DNA of 64,000 nt from the NCBI RefSeq assembly GCF_006345805.1, contig NC_043000.1, positions 163,184,001 through 163,248,000 on the forward strand, written 5' to 3'. The notes under the pieces are model-generated. The model was given only the letters and a program-made list of their open reading frames with translations. It was not told the origin of the DNA and did not search any database. The DNA comes from Octopus sinensis. Lineage: Eukaryota. The translations under genes and the position numbers were made by a program. Below are positions 14,522 through 27,718 of this stretch, piece after piece. Position 1 is the stretch's first letter. Every line of letters begins with the position of its first letter.

Positions 14522-15518
14522 TAATTACAGCTTCACTTTTCTGAGGATCGCTAATATCAACTTAGAAACTTACTTGAAACCATGGTGTAGATTTAATGTT
14601 GTAGTTACCTAACCAGAAACAGACAGACAGACAGATATACAAAGAAACAGAGGGGATGTGGAGTACAATAATATGCCATGTATTTATTTAACCAAGTAAC
14701 TAATCGCCTTACCTCCACATACTCTTCATACAGCGTGAGTGGGTGTTTATATTTTTTATTGTTAGTTGTCAATATAACATTTTATTGAAGCTGACTGGCG
14801 CGAAAACAGGCGCAGCTCTGCAATATCTCAAATAAACACACGCACACAGTCACACACACATACACACATTTAGCCGACACACACATAGATGCATATACAC
14901 AATGACACACACACACACACACACACATACACACACACACAAACACACACATGATCTCTCCTTGTCTATCTCACTCTCTCTTTCTCTCTCGCTTAATCTC
15001 AAATACTTTTCTCTCTAACACAAATACACATATACCTTCAAACACACACATATACATACATACATACATACATACATACATACATACATACATCCATCCA
15101 TCCATCCATCTCATTTCTTTCTCTTTTAAGCACGCTTTCTCATACCTCCGCCACTCACAACACACTTACATACACACCGCATTTACGCATAGACACATAA
15201 ATATATATATAGATGTGTAACGACTATAAAACTGTTATGTTTACGCTTCTTCCTAATAAGTTTCTACGTGTTTAAGCGTGCGTGCGCGTGTTTGTGTTTA
15301 TGTGGTGTTTAGAGCCATGCATGGGTTTATTACCGCGTGGCCATGTGTTTTGTTTCTGAATCGTCATTCGTATATCACAGTTGATATGTTCTTGTTTATG
15401 CGCTAATGGAATATAACATGGAAGAAGAGTATTATCAATTACATCTCTGCATTACAGATATCTTTGCCAGTGAACTGATATCATAAACCTGTTAACCTGA
15501 AAATTATATGTATTTTTG

Positions 15519-15564
<46 letters not shown>

Positions 15565-15570
15565 TCTCCT

Positions 15571-15621
<51 letters not shown>

Positions 15622-15636
15622 CTCTCTCTCTCTCTC

Positions 15637-15683
<47 letters not shown>

Positions 15684-15796
15684 ACACACACATTACACAC
15701 ATATTCACTTTCCTATATACACGCAAACATACAATGTGTATAAACATATACATAGATATATGTACATATGCATATCTGTATATATACATATGTATA

Positions 15797-15861
<65 letters not shown>

Positions 15862-16420
15862 CACATATATATATGTGCATGTATACATTTATATGTATAT
15901 GTGTATACACACAAACGTATATATATATATATATATTTATAAATATGTATACACTTGCTGGCTTCCGGTATACGGAGCTTTTAACTGGTAGCACTTGCAT
16001 GTGCGAGTTGTTTGCAAGACATCACGCACACATATGTATATGTACTTTTTCGTGTGTGTGTGCATTTATGTATGTATGTATATATAAATATCTATATGTC
16101 TATGTATAAACACATATAGATATATGTATGTGTGTGTGTGTATGCGTATATAATGTTAATACTACACCATAAGAAGCTGATCATGAAGGAATTATGTTGC
16201 AAATTTGAGGATGCAGCTAGCACAACATTCATTAACATAAATAGGAATTGTCTTGAAATAGTGAGCAAACAATGGTTAGAAGCTAATTCCAAAGCGTGCA
16301 TCCTAATTCTAGAATTACCCTTAAAGAGCACAAGATTAATTTTCATAGTGATCCAACTGTTAGACTAATATGGCCGTTCAAACCAAATGTAAATAGGCTT
16401 AGTAAGATTGTTATTGATAT

Positions 16421-16648
16421 ACTCTTTTACTCTTTTACTTGTTTCAGTCATTTGACTGTGGCCATGCTGGAGCACCGCCTTTAGTCGAGCAAATCGATCC
16501 CAGTACTTATTCTTTGTAAGCCTAGTACTTATTCTATCGGTCTCTTTTGCCGAACTGCTAAGTTACGGGGACGTAAGCACACCAGCATCGGTTGTCATGC
16601 GATGTTGGGGGGGGAGACAAACACAGATACACAGACATATACGCACAT

Positions 16649-16716
<68 letters not shown>

Positions 16717-16878
16717 GACAGGCGTCTTTCAGTTTCCGTCTACCAAATCCACTCACAAGGCTTTGGTCGGCCCGAGGCTATAGTAGAAGACACTTGCCCA
16801 AGGTGCCACGCAATGGGACTGAACCCGGAACCATGTGGTTCGTAAGTAAGCTACTTACCACACAGCCATTCCTACGCC
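16421..16878 (-). mobile_element. CORE-type tRNA SINE
   Basis: Same family as 7150-7529, full length. Confidence 0.9.
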
Positions 16879-17767
16879 TATGCACACTTTACATGCATAC
16901 ATACATACATACATGCCTTTGAATGTCGTATCATATGACTTTGGCAACATCTTTTAACCACCAAATGTCGAAGTGCATCCCTTGACCAAGTTTGCATAGA
17001 TGAGGCTGATAACATCACAAGACTTGGAAGGCAGCTCTTTGAGCAACGTTCTTTGTCTGATAACCTAGATTACATTCCCAAACAAGTCGCAAGATTTTAT
17101 TGCAACGCATCATCAGAGAAATTAAGCTTCTCAAAACCAGAAAAGAGAAAGCTAATTCGAAGGCTACAGGTCCAATCTATCACTGGAACTGTAAAAATCT
17201 GTAAAACTTTCCAGAAGTTTATCATTTGAATATATACGAGCATGTCTAGATATGCGACAGTATGCATGAGAATACATACATAACACAAAACACAGTACAT
17301 ACATGCAAAAATACCCAGTTGTTGAAATTCCAATGAAGAAGCTTTGGATCTAGGTTAGGAACAGAACATACATACGCGCGCGCGCGCGTGTGTAAGTATG
17401 TGTAATTCAGTGGGTGATGTACTGTAGTTTCGGAAATATTTGACGAGTGTAATTTTAAACAACCAAATATATCATTTCGTATTATTTTGAATTATCTAGA
17501 TTTATACAATTGGCCTACTTCGGACATTTCTCTGAGTTTAATTTCTCTTTCCCTCTCCCCTCTCTCTCTCTCTCTCTTTCTCACTCTCACTCTCTCTCCT
17601 TCTCTCTCTCTCTCTCTCTCTCTGTAATATTATCATCATCATCATCGTCATCATATGCTCATCTAGTTGATCAAACAAACAGCTGCCCATATCTCATTCT
17701 CGATGGGAGAAGTCTATATGTGTTTGTGTGTGTGTGTGTGCGTGCGCGCTTGTGTGTGCGCACGTAC

Positions 17768-17803
<36 letters not shown>

Positions 17804-18088
17804 ATGCGAAGGTGCGTAGCGTAGAGGTTGCGATCATGAGATTGTTGTTTCGATTTCCAGACCGGTGGGGCGTTGTGTTCTTGAGCTGAACACTTCATCT
17901 CACGTTGCCCCGGTTCCCTCAGCCATACATAAATGGATAACACTGCGGCAGACGGATGTTCTGTTTAAGGATAATGTTGGACTTCCCACCGAGCCAGCGG
18001 TTTGGCATCATTCGAAAGCTACAGCATTGAGAGGAAGTGCATTGTGCTCATCGGTATACAATAACATTCGATAATCTGGTCAATACAA

Positions 18089-18147
<59 letters not shown>

Positions 18148-18440
18148 AGGGACGTGCCGTCTAGGTAGGCAGTGCCTATCTTGAATAAAATAGATCGATA
18201 GCAACATTTTCCTTTTATGGCAAAATATGCACCTAATTCAATAAAATTATGAAGGCTACTCTGATTACTATGCATAAAATGCAAAATACCTTATTTTTTT
18301 TGTACATTAGGTAGGCATAATTCACCCCTGCTTTTCAATCCCAATGTTTATGCTACGCATAGTAATGCTGCAGCACACGTGCTGTGTGCACTCCTACAAC
18401 AACGTTTTCTTTACGTTCTATAAAGGCAGAAGTAAATCTG

Positions 18441-18710
18441 GGATCTTTTCAATCTCAGTCACAGATTTTTTAATTAATTTCTCTTTTTAACTAAATAGTT
18501 TAAACTTCGGATACTGGTTGAATGTGTCAGGTAGAACACGGTTTACTCTTAACGTTTTTAACAAAATTTTGTACTTTAGAAGTTATTTCGTGTTAAATTT
18601 GTCGTATTTGGGTAATTTTTACCAATCATTAAACGTGTATTCATCTGAAGAAAGTTATTGGTGTTTGCGAAAGTAATGGAAGGGCCACAACATCCGGGTC
18701 ATCGGGTCAT

Positions 18711-18746
<36 letters not shown>

Positions 18747-18928
18747 AGAAAAGTATAAAAGAAAGTTGGTGAGAAAAACAGAAAATTCTTTTATAGGGAA
18801 TACATACGTGTGTGTGCGTGTGTATTTTTTTCCATCTTATTCAGTGTGTCCTCTCGTTTATATAATCCTGGCGTGTGACATTGAGAGAGATTTGGCTGTT
18901 ATTTCCAGCAGATCGTAGAGAGAGAGAG

Positions 18929-18996
<68 letters not shown>

Positions 18997-19110
18997 TGGT
19001 GTGTTGATATGAACGACAGCTTATATAAACTTACCAACCTTTACCACTGCTTATTAATTGATTAAACCCTCCCCTCGGATTTTATCAGCTTTATATATGA
19101 ATATGTGTGC

Positions 19111-19144
<34 letters not shown>

Positions 19145-19211
19145 TGCACAGCAGAAACGCTGCATAAGCATCTGTTGTCAACTTCACAATCCCTCTCCGT
19201 CCTTATATATT

Positions 19212-19252
<41 letters not shown>

Positions 19253-19557
19253 TTGTGTCTGTGTATATGTATGCAGCGTCCAAAACAGATGACTCGATGA
19301 CCCGGATGTTGTTGCTCTTCCATTACTTTCGCGAACACCAATAACTTTCTTCAGCTGAAAAGACGTTTAATGATTGGTTAAAATTACCCAAATACGACAA
19401 CTTTAACACGAAATAACTTCTAAAATACAAAATTTTGTCAAAAATGCTAAGAGTAAACCGTGTTCTAGGTGACATATTCAACCAGTATCCGAAGTTTCAA
19501 ACTGTTTAGTTTAAAAAAATTAATTTTAAAAATCTGTGACTAAGATTGAAAAGATCC
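18441..19557. mobile_element. Non-autonomous DNA transposon with ~270-bp TIRs and 8-bp TSD (Merlin/Mutator-like)
   Basis: 18441-18710 is the reverse complement of 19289-19557, with GGATC...GATCC termini. TAAATCTG is duplicated at 18433-18440 and 19558-19565. Mirrored MVFAKVME ORFs confirm the inversion. Confidence 0.85.
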
Positions 19558-19625
19558 TAAATCTGCCTTCAACTCTGTCGCGCCTCTGTTTTTTGCTTAT
19601 TTTTTTGTGTTTTACTGCATAAAGG

Positions 19626-20016
19626 CGCATGAGTGGCTGTGTGGTAAGTAGCTTGCTTACCAACCACATGGTTCCGGGTTCAGTCCCACTGCGTGGCACC
19701 TTGGGCAAGTGTCTTCTACAATAGCCGACCAAAGCCTTGTGGGTGGATTTGGTAGACGGAAACTGAAAGAAGCCCGTCGTATATATATATATATGTGTGT
19801 GTGTGTGTTTGTGTGTCTGTGTTTGTCCCCCAACATCGCTTGACAACTGATGCTGGTGTGTTTGCGTCCCCGTAATCTAGCGGTTCGGCAAGAGAGACCG
19901 ATAGGGTAAGTACTGGGCTTACAAAGAATAAGTCCTGGGGTCGATTTGCTCGACTAAAGGCAGTGCTCCAGCACGGTCGCAGTCAAATCACTGAAACAAA
20001 TAAAAGAAAAAAAAAA
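19626..20016 (+). mobile_element. CORE-type tRNA SINE
   Basis: GTGGCTGTGTGGTAAG...GGTTCAGTCCC...CCTTGGGCAAGT; A-rich 3' end. Confidence 0.9.
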
Positions 20017-20083
20017 TGAAAGAAGAAAGGTCACCAACTGCCTACCCTGAGTAATTACTGACGGCACGTGCCTGACATATATA

Positions 20084-20132
<49 letters not shown>

Positions 20133-20938
20133 TACATACACATAACAGAGAGAGAACGGGATATTGTTGCACTCTGTTTCCCATGTTCAAATATGCAGGC
20201 AGATCTCATCATTTAAGAAGCACAGAATAAGATTGGCGGAACAAACAGAAGCCCTTTGTCCTTGAGTCACGTTTGTAGCAAACTGCCGATTTAAAATTAA
20301 ACCCCTATCCTACCGATTATGCCAATACATCGCCCTTAACTTAGGCACAAAGCCACGGATTTTGTTGGAAGATTTGGTCGATTAAACCGATTCAGTATCT
20401 CACTGGTATTTATTTTATCAACCTTGGAAGGATAAAAAAGCAAGGACGATGTCTTGTAGGATATGAACTCAGAACGTACCTAAATACCGCCTGGCCTCTT
20501 CTGACATTCCATTGCTTCTACCACTTTTACCAGCCTAATGATAATAATGATATTTCTAACACAGACACAAGTCACACTTGACTTGTGCTATATTTAACGA
20601 CCTCGGCATGATTTGAACTCAGAACGTAATGAGCCGTAGCTAAATACTGTAAAGCATTTTGTCCGACACTTCACAAATTCTGCCACGCCTCCAACTTTGT
20701 GACAGTTCTAACGACAAAATGATTATTTTCATTCCCCCTCCCCCTCTCTCTCTACATACACACACGCACACACACACACGGAATGTGTTTTTAGGTGAGT
20801 GTATATGGTTGTGTGTGGTATTCTGTGATAAACTCCATCTGTAATCCTACATTCCTCAAAGAACTACTTGTCATTTATGTGTAATTCTGTGTATATATTT
20901 ATATAAATACATAGCAAAAGCTTGCCCACACACACAAG

Positions 20939-20973
<35 letters not shown>

Positions 20974-21449
20974 GCGCGCGATCGCAGTTGGTATTTATAT
21001 CGCGCGGTATCCTTCTAGACAAACAAGTCAGATCTTAATTAGCAATTACAGCTGATCTTAAGTTGCTCCTCCCCCTCCTCCTCCTCCTCTTACAATCCCA
21101 CCTCCTCTTCTTAAACTGAGGAACGACGACACTAAGCCATTACTGCTTCCATTAGTAAGACTTGGTTTAAGAAAAAACACCGATAACGGCGGCAGCAGCA
21201 GCAGCAGCAGCAGCAGCAGCGCCAGCGTCAGCAGTTGTTCTTGACAGCTCTTGTGATAACCATTCAGATTTATCACCCATGACAAGTAGCAGTAATTAAA
21301 TGGAGATTGGATTGCGGCGAGAAAATCTTGCTAAGATAGACTGGACGGTGCCTGACTTTTAAGCCTTCGGGTGTTCCCCCTCGTTCTGGTCCTGTTTATT
21401 AAATGTTAAGTTTGTAAAGGTTCTGTTTCTGAGTTCCTTTTTTTTTTCA

Positions 21450-21487
<38 letters not shown>

Positions 21488-21779
21488 ATTCTTCCATGAA
21501 AACTGTCGCCTGAAACGTCAATTTGTTCTTCTCGCGTCAAGTGAACATTTTTTCTGTCCATTTATATCTATGGCCATTTGCAAAGTGCTTTGATGACGAT
21601 AATTGATATAGTTGGAGAGACAGAACGTAGCATCAACAAACAATATCGTCATACCATATCACCACACTTGGAAAAAAACTATCTTCATCTGAGCTAACAT
21701 TACTACAACACCACGCTACAAATTAGTGAAATAAACATCGAAGATGCTGTACCCCAAATAGAAAGAGGAATTACTCAGA

Positions 21780-22160
21780 GGCATTGGAAGCTCATCTGAT
21801 GAATCCATCACAATGTTGGAAACGCTTCCATATCATTAGTAGATATCTCAGAATCATAAGCGTTTCGTCTCTGAGTGAGGTAGCGAGGATTGAATTAGTT
21901 CTCGTCTGCTGAAGGGTTCCATCTGCTGTCTCTTGTCAACCACAGCGACCGACTGACCGACCGACCTTGATCTGGTTTCTGTTGCCATGCCTATCTCATT
22001 GGTATCTTTCTTAAGATGTCTGAGTTCCAGAATAATCTTCAGCAGAAAACAGAGCACCGAACTAGCTGGAAAGCCGCGGCAGCCGACTTCAACTGGGAAT
22101 AAAGACGCGTGCCAGTCTTTGTTAAGTGCCTCGTCGACTAAGTTCTGATTATTTTCCTTT
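21780..22160 (-). mobile_element. 3' fragment of an RLE-bearing non-LTR retrotransposon (HERO/NeSL/R2-like)
   Basis: Extending ORF 21854-22057 upstream gives QNLVDEALNKDWHASLFPVEVGCRGFPASSV. PVEVGCRGF is typical of the C-terminal restriction-like endonuclease region. SLWLTR follows a (GGTC)n insertion. Confidence 0.8.
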
Positions 22161-25100
22161 CAGGTTTTTTTAGGCTAGATACTACACCACATTGCAATAT
22201 CAAGCTAACAATACGATATGATATAACATATAACACATTGCAATATCCCACACTACGACGCCACACATCAACAATACTCTATGATACCATCGCAGCAACA
22301 TCATTCTCACAAATCTATACCCCTACAAAACTAATCAGCAACGGAGTTTCTAAATGATTGAGCGTCTTGACACAGCGACCAAATATTACTGAAATCACAC
22401 CCAGGATCTTAAAAAATGGAGGGACACATTAGTTAATATTGACTTAGGTTCCTGCCAGATGGTACAATGACAGGTGGGATACCTTTGATTATAAGCTAGT
22501 TCCATGAATATTGACCTGGGCTTAATAAGAATATCATCATTATCATTATCATTATCATCATCATCATGAAGAACAATAACTAAAACAACGATACAGGACA
22601 AGGAAATATTTTGTGTAATGTTCTTAAGGCCGATGCTTAATGTTCAATTTCAGACTTCTAAAATTTGATGCCTGCTGGGAAAATGTTGCTGGTTCTGTGG
22701 AGTTCGGACTTGGCATGTGTTTCATGCAAGAAGAAACAAAGTAAACTTGATGAGAAGAGGAGATACGGGTGGATTGAAACAGCTGTCTTTAAAAAACTCA
22801 AAAGGAAAAAAATCATGTCTTCGGAGTCACTCTGGGACCATTAAACAAAGAAAAAGAAAGAAAAGGAATTCGATGACTGCAGTAACCATTGATTCACTAG
22901 GAAGAAGAAATGAAAAGATGGACGTGAAAGAGGAGAAGATTTAGGTTTATTATTGTTTTATTTTGTTTGCTTTTATTTGGATATCCCAGAGCTTCAAAGC
23001 TCAAAAACTGAAAATTTTTGAAATAGGAAATATATCAGCTGATTCCTTTGTGAATGCCAAAAATTGCATTATTAGAAAAGTTATAAGGAAGCAATATTTC
23101 AGGGATTGGGGTTAAAGTTTAGGGCTTAGTATTAGCGGTAGGGGCTAGGGTTAGCATTTAACATTTTCGGGTTAAGGTTATTTTGAAGAAATTTTCTTTT
23201 TAAATTGCCTATTAAAAAAAAAAAATTGATTCAAACAGAAGTTTCGCTGCTATTTTATAACGATGAATGTTTTAAGTATTAAGCTGTCTGCTTTTTTTAA
23301 TACCCGTCTTGTTTTGAAAGCGTTCCAGTTGTGACTGTCCCGTATATAGCATGATTACCGTATAGTTGTTTCTCCACCTCGGGAATTTATTTCTTCATTT
23401 TCTTCCCAATAATTCACATTTTTGCCTGTACAAAGAAAACAACTAACTTATTTCTATATTTTTAAAATGTTCGATTTCGGAATTTAAACGGTGGGATGTC
23501 TTCTCACTCTATTCAGTATAGGCGTATGAGATTTGGATAGAATGCCATGTGGTATTTTTTCCGGATTTTTGCGTTCTGAGTTCAAACCCCACCGAGGTTA
23601 ACTTTGCTTTCAGCCTGTCAGGAGAGTTAAATATTGGGGCCAAGTCTTTAAAAGTCTTCCCTCGTTCGCGTTGCGCCTGGAAAAGTGTCCTGGAATAACA
23701 AGCACTTACTATGTCTCTTCTCTTTCTCCAGAAATAAAAAGATCGTTGAGCGAGAAGGAGAGGGGTTAATAATCTGTTTATATGTGGAAAAGAGGGTTTA
23801 TGTACTATTGGAATAGTCCAGAAATATGCATCATATAATGCGGAACGGTGATAAAGAACTGTTCAAATATTCATTAAACATATGTTTTCTTGTTACAACG
23901 TATATATATCTAATTGTCTTACATATCTTCTAGTACTATCATTTTTTCATATTCTATACAATACCATTCTCCAGAAATATCCGGAGAATGGTATTGAATA
24001 AAAAGCGTTCCAGCTTTGACCGTCTTGTCTTTTATTTCGCGCATCATTATCTAATGAATTTCCGTTTACTAAAACGATTGTTTATACGATTTTTTAAAGT
24101 CCTTAGTAGGTTTATAAAATGTTTCTCCGTGAACATTTACTGGTAATCAATCACTGATGAAATCCATCCTAAAACAGAACTGAAACTAGTCCAGCTGATG
24201 GCATTTTTTTTTTCTGTCAATGAAGACAGTGAATATAGGAACAAAAAATATAGGTTTGTCTATTTCATACCGCATTGCCTAAAATCTACTGATGTATTCT
24301 GCAGTGCACTGCAGTATTGAAACAAGGAATTACAACTGTGTTTCCTGGTCTGCTACCACAACAGCTCCTTTATAGGATCCAGTTAGCTCAAGACATCATC
24401 AGGAGGAACCACATCCGGTTTCGGCCCCTACTCCTCTACCGTTTTGACGTCCCCACCATTTCGGAGGTGTCTTCAGCTCTGGTGTTGGGTGCATGTCTTC
24501 TTTCTTCTGTTCCCTGGCCTCTTCGATGTATCGTCAGCGAGTGTCAGCCGGTGACTGACTGATTTGTCAAATTTTTCCCTTTAAATACCTGCCGCTAGGC
24601 TCCAGCAGGCAGCCCCAGCAAGTTGTCACGTGACACTGTCTCACCTTAACGCCCTCATTATTAACGCTCCAGTAGATTATAAATGTATTATATTTTTATA
24701 GATTTCAATATCTTTTTAATAATCTATGCACTGTCATATCACTGAAGACAATATCTTTGAATCAATTTATAGCACGGTCCTCGATGTTTATTAGATCTAT
24801 GAATTTCTCATGGGTTTTCGTTCAAACACAGACCGCGAAGTGTGAAATGACAGTGTCATCTTTGTGTCTGTTACTTTGTGTGTGACGTGTAGATATACGT
24901 ATTTGCCGCAATGAGAAGACGTAATTTCAAAGTGTTTGTTATTTCTACACTACGCATGTTATCTCTTCTACTTGTATGTTATCGTTACTTGGTATTTGTT
25001 ATCTCTACATGGTATTTATTATCTCTGAGTGATGTTAACCAAATGGTTTTGTTTCCCTTCTTTTAGTTCTCCGAGCATGTTAACTATATCTTGTTACGTG

Positions 25101-25854
25101 TTTACGCAGTTAATATTTATGTTCCACGATCGTTGGTTTGTAATAGTATATGATGATAACTGCATGCTCTGTTGGCTCTCTATATTGATTTCCTGCTTAG
25201 ACAGAAGGCCAAATGTTTATGTAGAGCAATGTTACAGTCAAATAAATTTGTCTTAAGATATGACCTTAATATACGAATAAACTTTAATGTGAGCGATTTG
25301 AGGGAGCCTCTAAGTTTATCACACCACCTACAAGAAATAGCAACCAAATTTCTTTCAATTCATATCCTACCTACGCAAACAAAAGAGGACATTGAATATA
25401 TCCTGTATAAAGCAGGATGGCCACAATTGGATTCACGTTAATCATAGGTTTAATATATGAATACTGACCTGAAATTAAACAAGTTGTATTAGCTGCAAGG
25501 CATTAAAGGACAGGTTTTGAGGAAATAATACGAACGATGCAGATTGGTGTATTTATGCTCTCAGATTTCAATTATTGAAAGTCACATATTTTCAATATAT
25601 TTAACTCTCAGCGAATTGATTTGCATCCATTCTAAAGGTAAGTTGTACCAAACTTATGCCTACTGCATTTTGCTCAAGGATTGGAAATACAATCAAATGG
25701 CAGCACCAATTCCATGATGAAACGAAACAACAGAAGACACGTTTTGGTATTTTAGTTTCCTCAGCACACTGACCTGCATTCATCCTAAATGCAAACAGCA
25801 TCAATCTTTTGGCTACCATTTTTCAAGGGAATAACGTTTATCTCTCACACTCAC

Positions 25855-25885
<31 letters not shown>

Positions 25886-26015
25886 TTGCATGTATTATGC
25901 TTGCATGTTATATGTATGCATGTATGTATGTCTCTCTCTTGATAAATATATGTATGTATATATATATATATATATGTAAATATATATATATATATATATA
26001 TATATTTAAAAGCAG

Positions 26016-26113
26016 CAGAAATTCAACAAAACCTGTTACTCGGAGTTCACGTTCCCGTTCGTCCGACGAACGGGAAAGTGAAACTCCGAGTAACAGGTTT
26101 TGTTGAATTTCTG
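26016..26113. repeat. Near-perfect ~98-bp palindrome containing a variant hammerhead core
   Basis: Centred at 26064. Right arm CCGACGA-ACGGGAAAGT-GAAAC-TCCGA-GTA. Embedded in (TA)n. Confidence 0.7.
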
Positions 26114-26136
26114 TTTACTCCGGTATATATACATAC

Positions 26137-26168
<32 letters not shown>

Positions 26169-26173
26169 TATAT

Positions 26174-26277
<104 letters not shown>

Positions 26278-26308
26278 ATCAAAAGAAAAACAGGACGCAA
26301 AGGATGTT

Positions 26309-26396
26309 GCGGTACATATGTTTCGGGCTTTATTGAACTACTTATATCAATGCATAATTGATATAACAGGTAGGTCATAAAGCCTTCTTCAGCCGC
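26309..26396 (-). ncRNA. Minimal type I hammerhead ribozyme
   Basis: GCGG-CUGAAGA-AGGCUUUAU...AUAAAGCCC-GAAAC-AUAU-GUA-CCGC; stem I GCGG/CCGC; palindromic stem III ACAUAUGU. Confidence 0.85.
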
Positions 26397-26628
26397 GTAC
26401 AATTACCACACCAAAGACATGTGTCACATTATAGCAGGTTTGGGAAAAAACCGAGTTTCATTGGGAAAGTAAATCCTCATAGGCGTATATAGCATTGCAA
26501 GACTCAAAAACAAATCGTCCATACCGTTTTTTCACTCGATTCTTTCGAGTGAAAAAACTCGGTTTTTTCCCAAACTTTTTCTCAAACCTGCTATAATGTG
26601 ACACATGTCTTTGGTGTGGTAATTGTAC

Positions 26629-26715
26629 GCGGCTGAAGAACGCTTTTGACCTACCTGTTATATCAATTATGCATTGATATAAGTTGTTCAATAAAGCCCG
26701 AAACACATGTACCGC
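26629..26715 (+). ncRNA. Minimal type I hammerhead ribozyme
   Basis: GCGG-CTGAAGA-ACGCTTT...AAAGCCC-GAAAC-ACAT-GTA-CCGC; inverted twin of 26309-26396 with a few substitutions. Confidence 0.8.
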
Positions 26716-26827
26716 AAAATCCTTTGCGTCCTGTTTTTCTTTTGATACTTATATCCTATCACCTATACCACTAGCTGGCATATACAGGTGCTTACAGTTA
26801 TCAAGTATTCACCCTGAATTTTTTGTA

Positions 26828-26884
<57 letters not shown>

Positions 26885-27467
26885 CATACATACATACATA
26901 CTAACACGTGTGTGTGTGTGTGTGTGTGTGTGTCTATGCAATAAAATGTCAGCGCCAATTCCACGATGCAGCGTTTTCTACTTTTATATGTTTTGTTTTT
27001 TTATTGCTCTAATTATAGTAGCATCGTACTACGGTTAATTAAATATAAACGTTGTTAACATTGACTTGCAACTTAGTCTTCGCCAAGTGAAGCTCGCAGC
27101 TGAAATCTATTGCCGAATAAAAAAAGGAAAAATTGTTTGCTGCTCTTTGTTATGTTAAGGACGTTTATTGGTGGTGTTATTTTTTGTCGACGTCATTGTC
27201 ATCGTCAGTGTTGTTGTTGTTGTTGTTGTTCTTCTTCTTCTTCTTCTTCTTCTTCTTCTTCTTCTTGAAATCAAAACGGTCTGGTTATTTTGATATGATA
27301 TCTGAGATAAATATTTTATTACAATAAAAACTGTTTGAGATTGCATATCTCTTAAAACAAAACAAAAATCTCTCTAGTTCTATTTTTTATTACTGTAGAA
27401 CAACAAAGTAAAACCTTTTCTTCAAAATAAAAAAAAATATTAATGCTCACACACAAGCGCGCGCACG

Positions 27468-27505
<38 letters not shown>

Positions 27506-27679
27506 ACACACACACACACACTCAGCTTCAAACATGAGAACCCAGTCTAAAGTTATTTTGAACAATGTCACTTTGTGGACATAGAGCGATTTAAAACACG
27601 TGTAAGTGTAAATGTGTATGTGTGTGTGTATGAGAGAAAGAGAGAGAGAGAGAGAGAGAATGAGAGCCATGTAGATATG

Positions 27680-27718
<39 letters not shown>

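Noticed and set aside
21785-21830. CTGATGA...GAAAC within a GGAAGC/GCTTCC hairpin
   Set aside because: No stem I and antisense to the RLE element; better explained as a 3' UTR hairpin.
20971-22160. Conserved microRNA hairpins
   Set aside because: No match to the bilaterian mature miRNA sequences I could recall; lineage-specific miRNAs cannot be judged by eye.
23101-23180. TTAGGG-like repeats
   Set aside because: Too few and too degenerate for an interstitial telomere.
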